Source: an uncultured archaeon
GTDB lineage: Archaea; Asgardarchaeota; Thorarchaeia; Thorarchaeales; Thorarchaeaceae
Assembly: GCA_964648855.1 (NCBI GenBank)
Contig: CAZYLT010000039.1
Coordinates: 1-10,317 of the forward strand
DNA: 10,317 nt
Reading direction: 5' to 3'
A program made the translations under genes and the position numbers. Positions within the stretch are counted from its first letter, which is position 1; every line of letters starts with the position of its first letter. The notes under the pieces were generated by a model. It was given only the letters and a program-made list of their open reading frames with translations. It made no database searches and had not been told where the DNA came from. Positions 1 through 7,779 of the stretch are shown one piece after another.

Positions 1-2
1 CC

Positions 3-827
3 TTCGAGCAAAAAGACCTGGATGGTGAAGATGCATATACTATTAGACTAGCCAAGAACGCAGATCTGGACTGTCTACTCCAGTTGTATCGAGAAACTGC
101 AGCAAAGTTGATGGTTGCAACCCAAAGAAGCAAGGAATTGTGGTCAACTCAAGAAAAGACCAGAATGCATGAATCTGAAAGATTTCACACAAAAATAATT
201 GAAAGGGATGGTGAAATCTGCGGATATTTCCGTGAGATTATCTCTAAGGAACTCAATGAAGCAAATAACAAGAGAACACTCACGGTTTTTGAAACCGCGA
301 CCCGTGGTCATGACTGTGCTCTTGCCTTGCTAGAATATCTACGAGAAATCAGTTTGAAAAATGAGGTCCAGGAGATTCATCTTCCGGGAACAACCGCTTT
401 CCATCCGAGCAAATTAGCTCTTTCCCTAGGTGGGATAATGACACGAGGCTGGAAATATCAGATCCGAATACCTGACCCTGGTCGTTTTCTCTGGCGAGTC
501 CGACACGCATTAGAGGAACGGCTTGTAGGAAGCCCGTACCAGTCCCTAAGTTTGGATATTGAGATTAATACATATCTTGAGATTCATAGATTGATATTTG
601 GAGATGGAAAGCTTGTCAAAATCGAAACACATCAAAAACCAGTGATAGGATACAAGGGCGCGCTAAGAACACCACCAAGCAAATTTGCTCGTTTGCTATT
701 AGGGGCCTATGGGCTTCATGAGCTTTGCGAATTTGATGCTGACTTTATCGTTGAAGAAAAACATGAAGACCTGATTCAGACTCTTTTCCCAAAGAGAGAA
801 AGCTATCTTTTTCACTACCTCTGTTGA
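3..827 (+). CDS. GNAT-family (Eis-like) N-acetyltransferase, C-terminal part; 5' end lies outside the window
   Basis: Frame is open from position 3 (FEQKDLDGEDAYTIRLAKNADLDCLLQLYRE...), so the track start at 84 is not the real start. YTIRLAxxxDL is a GNAT first-strand pattern. YQIRIPDPGRFL...FARLLLGAYGLHEL...LIQTLFP resembles the Eis-type C-terminal region. TGA stop. Confidence 0.65.
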   Translation, partial: FEQKDLDGEDAYTIRLAKNADLDCLLQLYRETAAKLMVATQRSKELWSTQEKTRMHESERFHTKIIERDGEICGYFREIISKELNEANNKRTLTVFETATRGHDCALALLEYLREISLKNEVQEIHLPGTTAFHPSKLALSLGGIMTRGWKYQIRIPDPGRFLWRVRHALEERLVGSPYQSLSLDIEINTYLEIHRLIFGDGKLVKIETHQKPVIGYKGALRTPPSKFARLLLGAYGLHELCEFDADFIVEEKHEDLIQTLFPKRESYLFHYLC

Positions 828-858
828 AATTGCCGTCGGTATACGCGATGTGAGCATC

Positions 859-1236
859 TTACTCACACAAATCGCATATCTCTATCTCTACAGTCAATTC
901 TGACCCACATGGACACTTGGCATTAATTGGAAATGTTTTTGGCGTACCAATTCCAATCTTCACATCCTGTTCAGCCGCTGAGTCAATTAGTTTCTGCATA
1001 TTTTGTACCTTATAGTCTGCAAATCCCGTGACGAGATTGGGAATGGAGATGTCATTGATCCAGTATACATAGCGATTACACTCTTCACCCGGATAAGAAG
1101 ACAACAGGACATGCGTTGAGTCTCCGCATGCGCTACACTTCAAATCTGCGTGGTGATAGTCAGGTGCCTCCGGCGCGGGGAGTTCTAAGGAATTCTTTGA
1201 TTTGCAGAAATAGCAATAGTACGTGAAATTCACCAT
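859..1236 (-). CDS. Cys-rich zinc-ribbon hypothetical protein (125 aa)
   Basis: ATG start, TAA stop; CYFC, CSAC, CPC and CDLC motifs; fills the gap between neighbouring genes. Confidence 0.75.
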   Translation of the reverse strand: MVNFTYYCYFCKSKNSLELPAPEAPDYHHADLKCSACGDSTHVLLSSYPGEECNRYVYWINDISIPNLVTGFADYKVQNMQKLIDSAAEQDVKIGIGTPKTFPINAKCPCGSELTVEIEICDLCE

Positions 1237-1436
1237 TACAAATCAAATCCTTTCTTAGCCATGCCTTTCACCTTGTTATGGGTATCCTCCGTTGCCGCAA
1301 AAAGATGTTCTGGCGACCCATACGCGAAATTCCAATGAGATAATAAGGTACGCTGACGCACGATATCAATGGACGTTGGCTCAGATTGCAAGTGTCATTA
1401 GGCGCATCCAAACTACTTTCCTTACTAGTGGTTTTC

Positions 1437-1574
1437 TTGACAGAGAATTATGAGCATGAAGTAGGCCCATGTGAATGTTGCGGGTGTTTGCATCCTCAGT
1501 TTGGAAAAGTGTTTCAGATAGCCAACGATAAGGTATGTATTGAATGCATCTTGAAACGAATAGAAACTCGCTAG
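1437..1574 (+). CDS. putative small zinc-finger protein (~45 aa)
   Basis: From TTG at 1437: MTENYEHEVGPCECCGCLHPQFGKVFQIANDKVCIECILKRIETR; two Cys knuckles (CECCG, CIEC); GTGGT just upstream; otherwise empty intergenic region. Confidence 0.5.
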   Translation: MTENYEHEVGPCECCGCLHPQFGKVFQIANDKVCIECILKRIETR

Positions 1575-1670
1575 ATTCTCCTGATTTTCAAGAACCATCA
1601 AAGATATTATCAAGCAACACGCAAAATAATATGCCAGACCAAATTCGAGCATCTGGTTATGGTGTATATC

Positions 1671-2432
1671 ATGAAAAAGAGAGTTCAGCCTCATTTACGA
1701 GTTGGAGTGGACGATGTAGAGGAAATTGTTCTCATTGCTGGTAATCCCGATAGAGTTCCAAAAATTGCAGCAAAAATGAAAGACGCTGAAGAAGTCGCCC
1801 GTTATCGGGGTTTTGTTACCTATAGGGCTTATACGCCAAAGGGCATACCCCTCAACATCTCAGGCACTGGCATCGGGACGCCCTCTACTCATATTTGCGT
1901 GGAAGAATTTGCAAACGTGGGTGCGAAGACATTCATCAGGGTTGGATCTTGTGGGGGAATCAGCCTGGACGTACAAACTGGTGATGTAGTAGTACCTACC
2001 GCCTGTGTCCGCGATGAACGTACAAGTCTAAATTATGCTCCCATGGAATATCCAGCAGTTGCCACACCGGAGCTCTATACCGCATTATATGATGAAATCA
2101 AGAAGCTCTTGCCACATGATAGGGTTCATTCGGGGATTTGCTGGACTAGCGATGTCTATTACGTTGGTGAGGGCAAAAATCAGTTAGATATTTGGACCAA
2201 GGCTAAGGTCAAATGCGTCGAGATGGAGAGCTCAATGCTTTACGTTTTTGCACAGACCAAAGGATTGGAAGCTGCTTCGATTCTTGCCTGCGATGGCAAC
2301 TTGCATACCGGCCAAAAAGGAGAGCAGGAAGATGAAACGGAAGAAACGGGCGAACAGAACCCCCTCATGATTGAGGCGGTAGAAAAAGAAATAGAGGCCA
2401 CCATAAGCGCCATTGATAGGCTGTACAGTTGA
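1671..2432 (+). CDS. udp: uridine phosphorylase / NP-I family nucleoside phosphorylase
   Basis: QPHL, AGNPDRV, GTGIGTPS, FIRVGSCG, VRDERTS, TSDVYY and VEMESS are PNP_UDP_1 motifs. Start taken at MKKRVQPHL (1671; 1659 also possible). Substrate specificity is not certain. Confidence 0.88.
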   Translation: MKKRVQPHLRVGVDDVEEIVLIAGNPDRVPKIAAKMKDAEEVARYRGFVTYRAYTPKGIPLNISGTGIGTPSTHICVEEFANVGAKTFIRVGSCGGISLDVQTGDVVVPTACVRDERTSLNYAPMEYPAVATPELYTALYDEIKKLLPHDRVHSGICWTSDVYYVGEGKNQLDIWTKAKVKCVEMESSMLYVFAQTKGLEAASILACDGNLHTGQKGEQEDETEETGEQNPLMIEAVEKEIEATISAIDRLYS

Positions 2433-2466
2433 GTTTCTGAGTTGATAATCGGAGTAGGGACTAATA

Positions 2467-3111
2467 TTGTCATCAGGCAAAGCAGATTCATCTCAGCAAA
2501 TGGGAACAAAGTCATATCTCGTCATGAAGGCTGATGCAGAAGAGGCTCTAGAATTAGCGGAGGAGTGGTGGGATGAAAAGGAAATTCCGAAGTATGTTCA
2601 TGTGCGAGGCCTGAAACGAGAAGAAATGAGTGAGTTTGTCGATCTATATAACCGTGCATTTCTTGCCTCTCCAGACCCCTTCTGCCCACTGACTGAAGAA
2701 GATGCCAAAAAGATGGAAACTGAGGGTATTTTTGTGGCTGAAATATGGGATTCTCTTGTTGGGTTCATTGCCTGTTTTGTTGAGAAGGAAGAGGATTCAG
2801 TTTATGGTGAAATAACTGGTCTTGGGGTGGCACCTAGTCGTAGACGTCGAGGCGTTGCAACGGCTCTGATTCGTAGATCCTCTGAATACTTCATTGATGC
2901 TGGGGTTGAACAAGTCTATACCGAGATATATGAAGAGAACACCCCCTCATTGATGTTGGTGCAGGCTTATGGATTCAAAGAGGTGGGTAGAAGGGAAATC
3001 CCAACCGAAAACCCTCCTGGGGAACCCGCTCCTGAGCAACCTGGCGGAAAAATCATGCGCCGTTTAGGGCTCATCAACCGCCAAGGTTGTGAAAATTGCA
3101 GGGACATATGA
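2467..3111 (+). CDS. GNAT-family N-acetyltransferase (RimI-like core)
   Basis: Motif A ITGLGVAPSRRRRGVATALI and motif B NTPSLMLVQAYGF; C-terminal CENC. Start uncertain (TTG 2467 or a later ATG). Confidence 0.88.
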   Translation: MSSGKADSSQQMGTKSYLVMKADAEEALELAEEWWDEKEIPKYVHVRGLKREEMSEFVDLYNRAFLASPDPFCPLTEEDAKKMETEGIFVAEIWDSLVGFIACFVEKEEDSVYGEITGLGVAPSRRRRGVATALIRRSSEYFIDAGVEQVYTEIYEENTPSLMLVQAYGFKEVGRREIPTENPPGEPAPEQPGGKIMRRLGLINRQGCENCRDI

Positions 3112-3248
3112 GATTCCCCCATTTATTCTTGTCAATATGCTCACTAAGACGGAATTCATTAAACCTAAATACAAATCCTGAATCTGAGAAAACAATGTCC
3201 TCAAATCGTGGAGTGGTTGGAACATCTTCCTGAATGTGTGGTGCAAGA

Positions 3249-4475
3249 ATGACAATGAAATACGATGTCATTATTGTTGGTGCGGGGCCAGCAGGGTCAA
3301 CGGCAGCCTACGAATCTGCTTCCAATGGTCTAGATACACTTCTATTGGAAAAATTCTCTTTGCCTAGAACTAAACCATGTGGCGGAGCTGTTATGCAGCG
3401 TGCGCTAAATGTAATTGATAAGAGAATTCCATCAGAAATAATTGAGAGAAAAATATTCGGTTTGAAATTCGTTTTTCCAGACTATGAAGAGGCAGAGTTT
3501 GTATCCAAGAAGAAAATTGGTATCACCGTGTTCCGTAGCAGATTTGATGAGTTTTTAGCACGACGGGCAGAATCTGCTGGAGCAACTCTTCTTGAAGAAG
3601 CAGAGGTTGTAGATGCTTCTGTTGACGATGAATGCGCCACTGTCAAATTGAGAGATGGTCGAGAGTTTGGAGGTTCTTATCTTATCGGGGCGGATGGAGT
3701 AAACTCGATAGTGAGCAGGTCATTGGGCCTTCGCCCAAAGAGGAAGAGCCCCCATAGTGTTGGATTAGGAGTGGAGACTAACGTTCATGTTGGGGAAGAA
3801 AGTGTTCTAGAGGCTATGAAGGGGCACCCGGAAGTGTTGCGTATACTTCCAGCCGCGAGTAGAATCAGCTATGGATGGGTATTCGCAAAGAAAGAACATC
3901 TGGCAATAGGTGTAGCTGGTGCAAGCGCCCACATGCACCCATTACGACCCATCTTCAATCAATTCCATAAGCGGATGGAGAAGTATCTGGGAATCGAGAT
4001 TCCCATAGAGAAACGCTATACACACTTCTTGGGCGGAAGAGGTGTGCTTGGACCTAATGTATGCAAACGGGCAGTCTTGGTTGGAGACGCTGCGGGCTTT
4101 GTTGACCCTCTAATGGGTGAGGGTATAGCATACGCAATGCGGTCTGCTGTACATGCTGTAAATACTATACAGGAATGCAAAGAAAAGGAAGAAAGCTCTT
4201 CTAAGCACCTCATGAAATACCATGACTCTTGTAAGAAAGAATTCGGGGCCAATTTCCAACTAGCCGAGTGGTTCGGATTACGAGGGGCATCATTTGCTGA
4301 GTGGCTTCTGAAGAAGGCAGAAGGTCATGAGATTTCTGCCAAAATCTTGGCTGGTCTAGCACGTGGAAACTTTGGCTACGCCCACCTTCCTCTAATCATT
4401 TTACGAGAGCTTCCCTCTGAGCTTCCTATGTTAATTGAGAAGATAGTCCGTTCACGCATCAGTTTCCAACAGTGA
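3249..4475 (+). CDS. geranylgeranyl reductase family FAD-dependent oxidoreductase
   Basis: DVIIVGAGPAGS FAD-binding fold, KPCGG, RSRFDEFL, IGADG, YGWVF, GDAAGFVDPLMGEGI. GTGGTG precedes the ATGs at 3249/3255. Confidence 0.9.
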   Translation: MTMKYDVIIVGAGPAGSTAAYESASNGLDTLLLEKFSLPRTKPCGGAVMQRALNVIDKRIPSEIIERKIFGLKFVFPDYEEAEFVSKKKIGITVFRSRFDEFLARRAESAGATLLEEAEVVDASVDDECATVKLRDGREFGGSYLIGADGVNSIVSRSLGLRPKRKSPHSVGLGVETNVHVGEESVLEAMKGHPEVLRILPAASRISYGWVFAKKEHLAIGVAGASAHMHPLRPIFNQFHKRMEKYLGIEIPIEKRYTHFLGGRGVLGPNVCKRAVLVGDAAGFVDPLMGEGIAYAMRSAVHAVNTIQECKEKEESSSKHLMKYHDSCKKEFGANFQLAEWFGLRGASFAEWLLKKAEGHEISAKILAGLARGNFGYAHLPLIILRELPSELPMLIEKIVRSRISFQQ

Positions 4476-4492
4476 AAGATTCTTAGGACGCC

Positions 4493-5518
4493 ATGACTCT
4501 CAGAACTTGGTCGCAAAAGATGCCCAGAGCCCTCATCCCTATTCTACTACTGGTCATTGTCAATCCTAATCCTGTATTGAAACAAGAATCCTATGAACTG
4601 AACTTCGATGGCACCTCTGCATTCGAACATCTTGAAGCCCAATGTGCATTTGGTCCACGTCCTCCGGGATCTGACAATCTCAGTAGGTGCCGGGAATATA
4701 TCATTGAACAAATAGAGTCATTCGGTTGGGCTGTTGAACTACAGAATTTCACGTATCGTGACACAAAATGCGTGAATATCATTGCAAGAAGCCAGAATCC
4801 GAATAAATCTCGATTCATCTTAGGGGCCCATTATGATACTCGCCCACTTGCAGACCAAGATTCCGCAATGGAGAACCGTACTCTGCCTGTCTTGGGTGCT
4901 AATGATGGAGCTAGTGGTGCAGCCGTTCTGCTAGAGCTTGCAAATTCACTGCCGCAAGATAGCAGGTCAGTCGTTGAATTCGTCTTTTTTGATGCTGAAG
5001 ACTCAGGACAGATAGATGGATGGGACTGGATTGTTGGATCGAGAAAATATGTAGAATTACTAAGTGAACAGGACAAAACAGCTATTCGAGGGATGATTTT
5101 GGCTGATATGGTGGGCGATGCATCATTGCGGATTCCTCGCGAAAGGGCTTCAACAGATTCGTTGCAGGATGCCATATGGGAAGAAGCTGACAAACTAGGA
5201 TACAGTGACATATTCTTGGATACAGCTGGCGGTTCTATAATTGATGATCATAGACCATTTATTGATGCTGGAATTCCAGCAGTCGACCTCATTCATTATC
5301 CCTTCCCATGGTATTGGCACACGCGAGCAGACACACCAGACAAATGTAGTGGAGAAAGCCTTGAGGCAGTTGGTAGGGTTTTGGAGAGCTTCCTGCACGA
5401 GCAACAAGTGGGAACTACTGGGTTTACACCTGATTTTCCCATCCAACTCGAATGGCTGGTTATCATTGCAGTTCCGGTCATCGCCGCTGTAGCCATTACT
5501 GTCTACCGACGTAGATGA
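4493..5518 (+). CDS. M28-family zinc metalloenzyme, glutaminyl-peptide cyclotransferase-like, exported and C-terminally membrane anchored
   Basis: GAHYDTRP, GANDGASG, FFDAED, DMVG, DDHRPF, WHTxxDT; hydrophobic N-terminus (ALIPILLLVIV); C-terminal TM helix ending in RRR. Confidence 0.88.
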   Translation: MTLRTWSQKMPRALIPILLLVIVNPNPVLKQESYELNFDGTSAFEHLEAQCAFGPRPPGSDNLSRCREYIIEQIESFGWAVELQNFTYRDTKCVNIIARSQNPNKSRFILGAHYDTRPLADQDSAMENRTLPVLGANDGASGAAVLLELANSLPQDSRSVVEFVFFDAEDSGQIDGWDWIVGSRKYVELLSEQDKTAIRGMILADMVGDASLRIPRERASTDSLQDAIWEEADKLGYSDIFLDTAGGSIIDDHRPFIDAGIPAVDLIHYPFPWYWHTRADTPDKCSGESLEAVGRVLESFLHEQQVGTTGFTPDFPIQLEWLVIIAVPVIAAVAITVYRRR

Positions 5519-5972
5519 ACCACACAGACTTTTATCGTTTTGATACATTAACTACAGTGAACGCCTCTAAGTGGTGTTCTAACTTGGAGCCTAGTCTTCT
5601 GTACAGGGCCTCAGGAAACAATCCTGCTCTGACAGCCCTTGCTATTGACTTCAAGTGTAAGCGACTAGCATGCGGTGTAGCGAATGCAGAAGATATCCTT
5701 CCTGATACAAGAAGGGGGGAACCTCAACGCGTTATCAACGGGCATGAGGGGATTATATCTGGCCTTCAATTCATAAGAAGAACGCCTCGCGCCTTATGAG
5801 TTCCAGCTGGGATAGAACACTGCGAATATAGGACTCGGCTTCATGCGAACTATGTTCCTCCTGTACATGTAGGAATGGCATATCATTTGATATTTTGCAT
5901 CCGTCGGGTGGTCACATATGAACAACCGATTTTACGGGTTCTCTAATCTCCTGGATAATTGCTCTCCAGTGA
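5515..5972 (+). pseudogene. WD40-repeat protein pseudogene/remnant
   Basis: First frame: ...LTALAIDFKCKRLACG...DTRRGEPQRVINGHEGIISGLQF. After a -1 shift near 5772-5795: KKNASRLMSSSWDRTLRI*DSAS (TAG 5829-5831 where the WD tryptophan is expected) ...LHPSGGHI*TTDFTGSLISWIIALQ* (TGA 5919-5921; final TGA 5970-5972). Confidence 0.75.
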
Positions 5973-5984
5973 ACAGCAATGTCC

Positions 5985-6521
5985 CTATTTTTCCAAACGG
6001 ATATCGACATCAAAATATCCCTCTTTGTTCCACTTGAAACGTACCCGCTCAAATTTCTTTTTACCGGTTCGAATTTCTTCTAAAACTTGGGCATTCTTGT
6101 TGCGGCTATATTTGTCAAATGGCAACGGAACTTCTTCTTCTGAAGTCTTAATAATAATGGCCTTCTTTCCAACTTCAACTATTGGTGTAGAAAACCTCAA
6201 CTCACCCTCTTCAAAAGATGGAACCTTGTCCCGTAGGTTTCGAAGATATTTTGCCTGTGCCTTATGTCTTCGAATTTCAAGCCTAGCAGAGGTCAGTACA
6301 TCTTGGAAGTATTCAGGACGAACATCAAATTTTCCGTAGAATTTGTTTCTCAGCCCCTCCAAGATTTCTTCCTGATTACGTGGAGGCTCTCCGAAGATCG
6401 CAACAATAAGGTAATTGGTTGCACCTGCATATTTTTCGAGTTCAGCATCGACAATATCCTGCTTCTGTCGAGTGAGTGGAACAGTAGATAGTTCTACTAC
6501 TTCAGTTTCTGTGTCAGACAT
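5985..6521 (-). CDS. hypothetical protein resembling the N-terminal (WED+REC) half of TnpB/Cas12f, lacking RuvC (178 aa)
   Basis: Start at MSDTETE (ATG 6521). Pattern: strand VVELSTVP, helix LTRQKQDIVDAELEKYAGATNYLI, helical region LRNKFYGKFDVRPEYFQDVLTSAR, basic linker, PSF, then a beta-rich end (IIIKT..VPLPF..ERVRFKWNKEGYFDVDIRLEK). The CDS is solid; the family call is pattern recognition only. Confidence 0.6.
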   Translation of the reverse strand: MSDTETEVVELSTVPLTRQKQDIVDAELEKYAGATNYLIVAIFGEPPRNQEEILEGLRNKFYGKFDVRPEYFQDVLTSARLEIRRHKAQAKYLRNLRDKVPSFEEGELRFSTPIVEVGKKAIIIKTSEEEVPLPFDKYSRNKNAQVLEEIRTGKKKFERVRFKWNKEGYFDVDIRLEK

Positions 6522-6594
6522 CTGCTTCACACAATAATCAGATGGAACATACCTAATCAATTTAGTTCTTGGAGAAATCTCTACCGAAATCTAT

Positions 6595-7617
6595 TCACAG
6601 TCTATTTACAATGAACGTCGCTTCACCGATTGCTCTCTCAATACCCCTAGGCTGCATGTCATAGCCTCCATATTCGGAAATAATCTCATCATAGAACTCC
6701 TTTTCGTTCTCTCTGAGGAATTCTAGAAGTGAATCTTCTTGTTCAAAAGATGTGTCAGAAAGCATGAGTAGTGCCATCCCAATCATGGGGATGCATCGTC
6801 TGATTTCCAACATTGCTAATTCATTGTCACCATTTATGGTCAGCCCATTTGCACCATAGTAATACCGTTGTGCCTGAGTGAGTAGAGCTATAACTTCTTC
6901 TTCTGTTCTATCTTCCCGTTCAAATCTCTCCACGGCCTCGATAAGCCATTTCTTCAAGTCATCAAGAATTGTCATAAGCCGGTTTTCACTGACGCCTTTG
7001 AGCTTAAAGGCTCGTAGAAACAGCTGAGATGAAACTGGGTCTAGCATTCTTAGCTCTGAGAAAACCTCTGCGGGTTTGATGATGGAGAAATTGTTGTTCC
7101 GCATTAGGACCAGCCTAGCTAGTCTGAGAATACCCAAGCGCATAGCATAGCTAGCGCTAGCCGTGTCCCCCTTTTCTAGGAAAACCTTGGCACAGCCAAA
7201 TGATTCTAGAATGCTTTCTTTTTCTCTCTCCATCACTTCCTCAGGCCATGTATAGTCCTGCACACGAGTGAGCCAATCGGCCAGTAGTTGGTCAGGGTCA
7301 TATTCAATCCGTGCACTACGTAGCCTGCTAATCACACCAGCAACTTCGAATGCATCAGTGGCTTCGTGTTGGAGGACAACCTCTATGCCCTCTGGTGTCA
7401 TGAAGTCCATATCTATGAGCACTCCTTTATGACGCGCGATTAATCTTGCTGGAGCTTCATCCTCATTCCAAATGATAGCAATATCTAGGTCCGAGCTTAT
7501 TGTTGCTGTCCCGCGAACGTAAGACCCATACACGAAAATCCCCCTGACCTCTTCACGTGACTTCCATTCTTCTACGGTATCTTGTAATGACTGTTCAAAT
7601 TTACGACGCACATCCAT
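6595..7617 (-). CDS. Pol-beta superfamily nucleotidyltransferase (MNT/KNTase-like) fused to two HEPN-like helical domains
   Basis: hGSYVRG-x5-SDLD signature plus third Asp (IDMDF); C-terminal helical segment duplicated. Start 7617 (7620 or 7635 also possible). Confidence 0.8.
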   Translation of the reverse strand: MDVRRKFEQSLQDTVEEWKSREEVRGIFVYGSYVRGTATISSDLDIAIIWNEDEAPARLIARHKGVLIDMDFMTPEGIEVVLQHEATDAFEVAGVISRLRSARIEYDPDQLLADWLTRVQDYTWPEEVMEREKESILESFGCAKVFLEKGDTASASYAMRLGILRLARLVLMRNNNFSIIKPAEVFSELRMLDPVSSQLFLRAFKLKGVSENRLMTILDDLKKWLIEAVERFEREDRTEEEVIALLTQAQRYYYGANGLTINGDNELAMLEIRRCIPMIGMALLMLSDTSFEQEDSLLEFLRENEKEFYDEIISEYGGYDMQPRGIERAIGEATFIVNRL

Positions 7618-7779
7618 CACGGCTGAAATACACATCCTGGCAAGTTGAGGAATACTCTAGACTACTATATACCTCTTACAATAATATGACTTTGCCCTGT
7701 GTATCTACGTCTGAAATCCCTAACGGCATCCGACAGTGATTAATAGGGGAATCTATCTGTGTTTCTTGAGGATGATTGT

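Noticed and set aside
5520-5984. Omega/guide RNA or RuvC continuation downstream of the TnpB-like gene
   Set aside because: Read-through gives GHCCSLESNYPGD* with no RuvC motif; no convincing hairpin scaffold was seen; the region is better explained as a + strand WD40 remnant.
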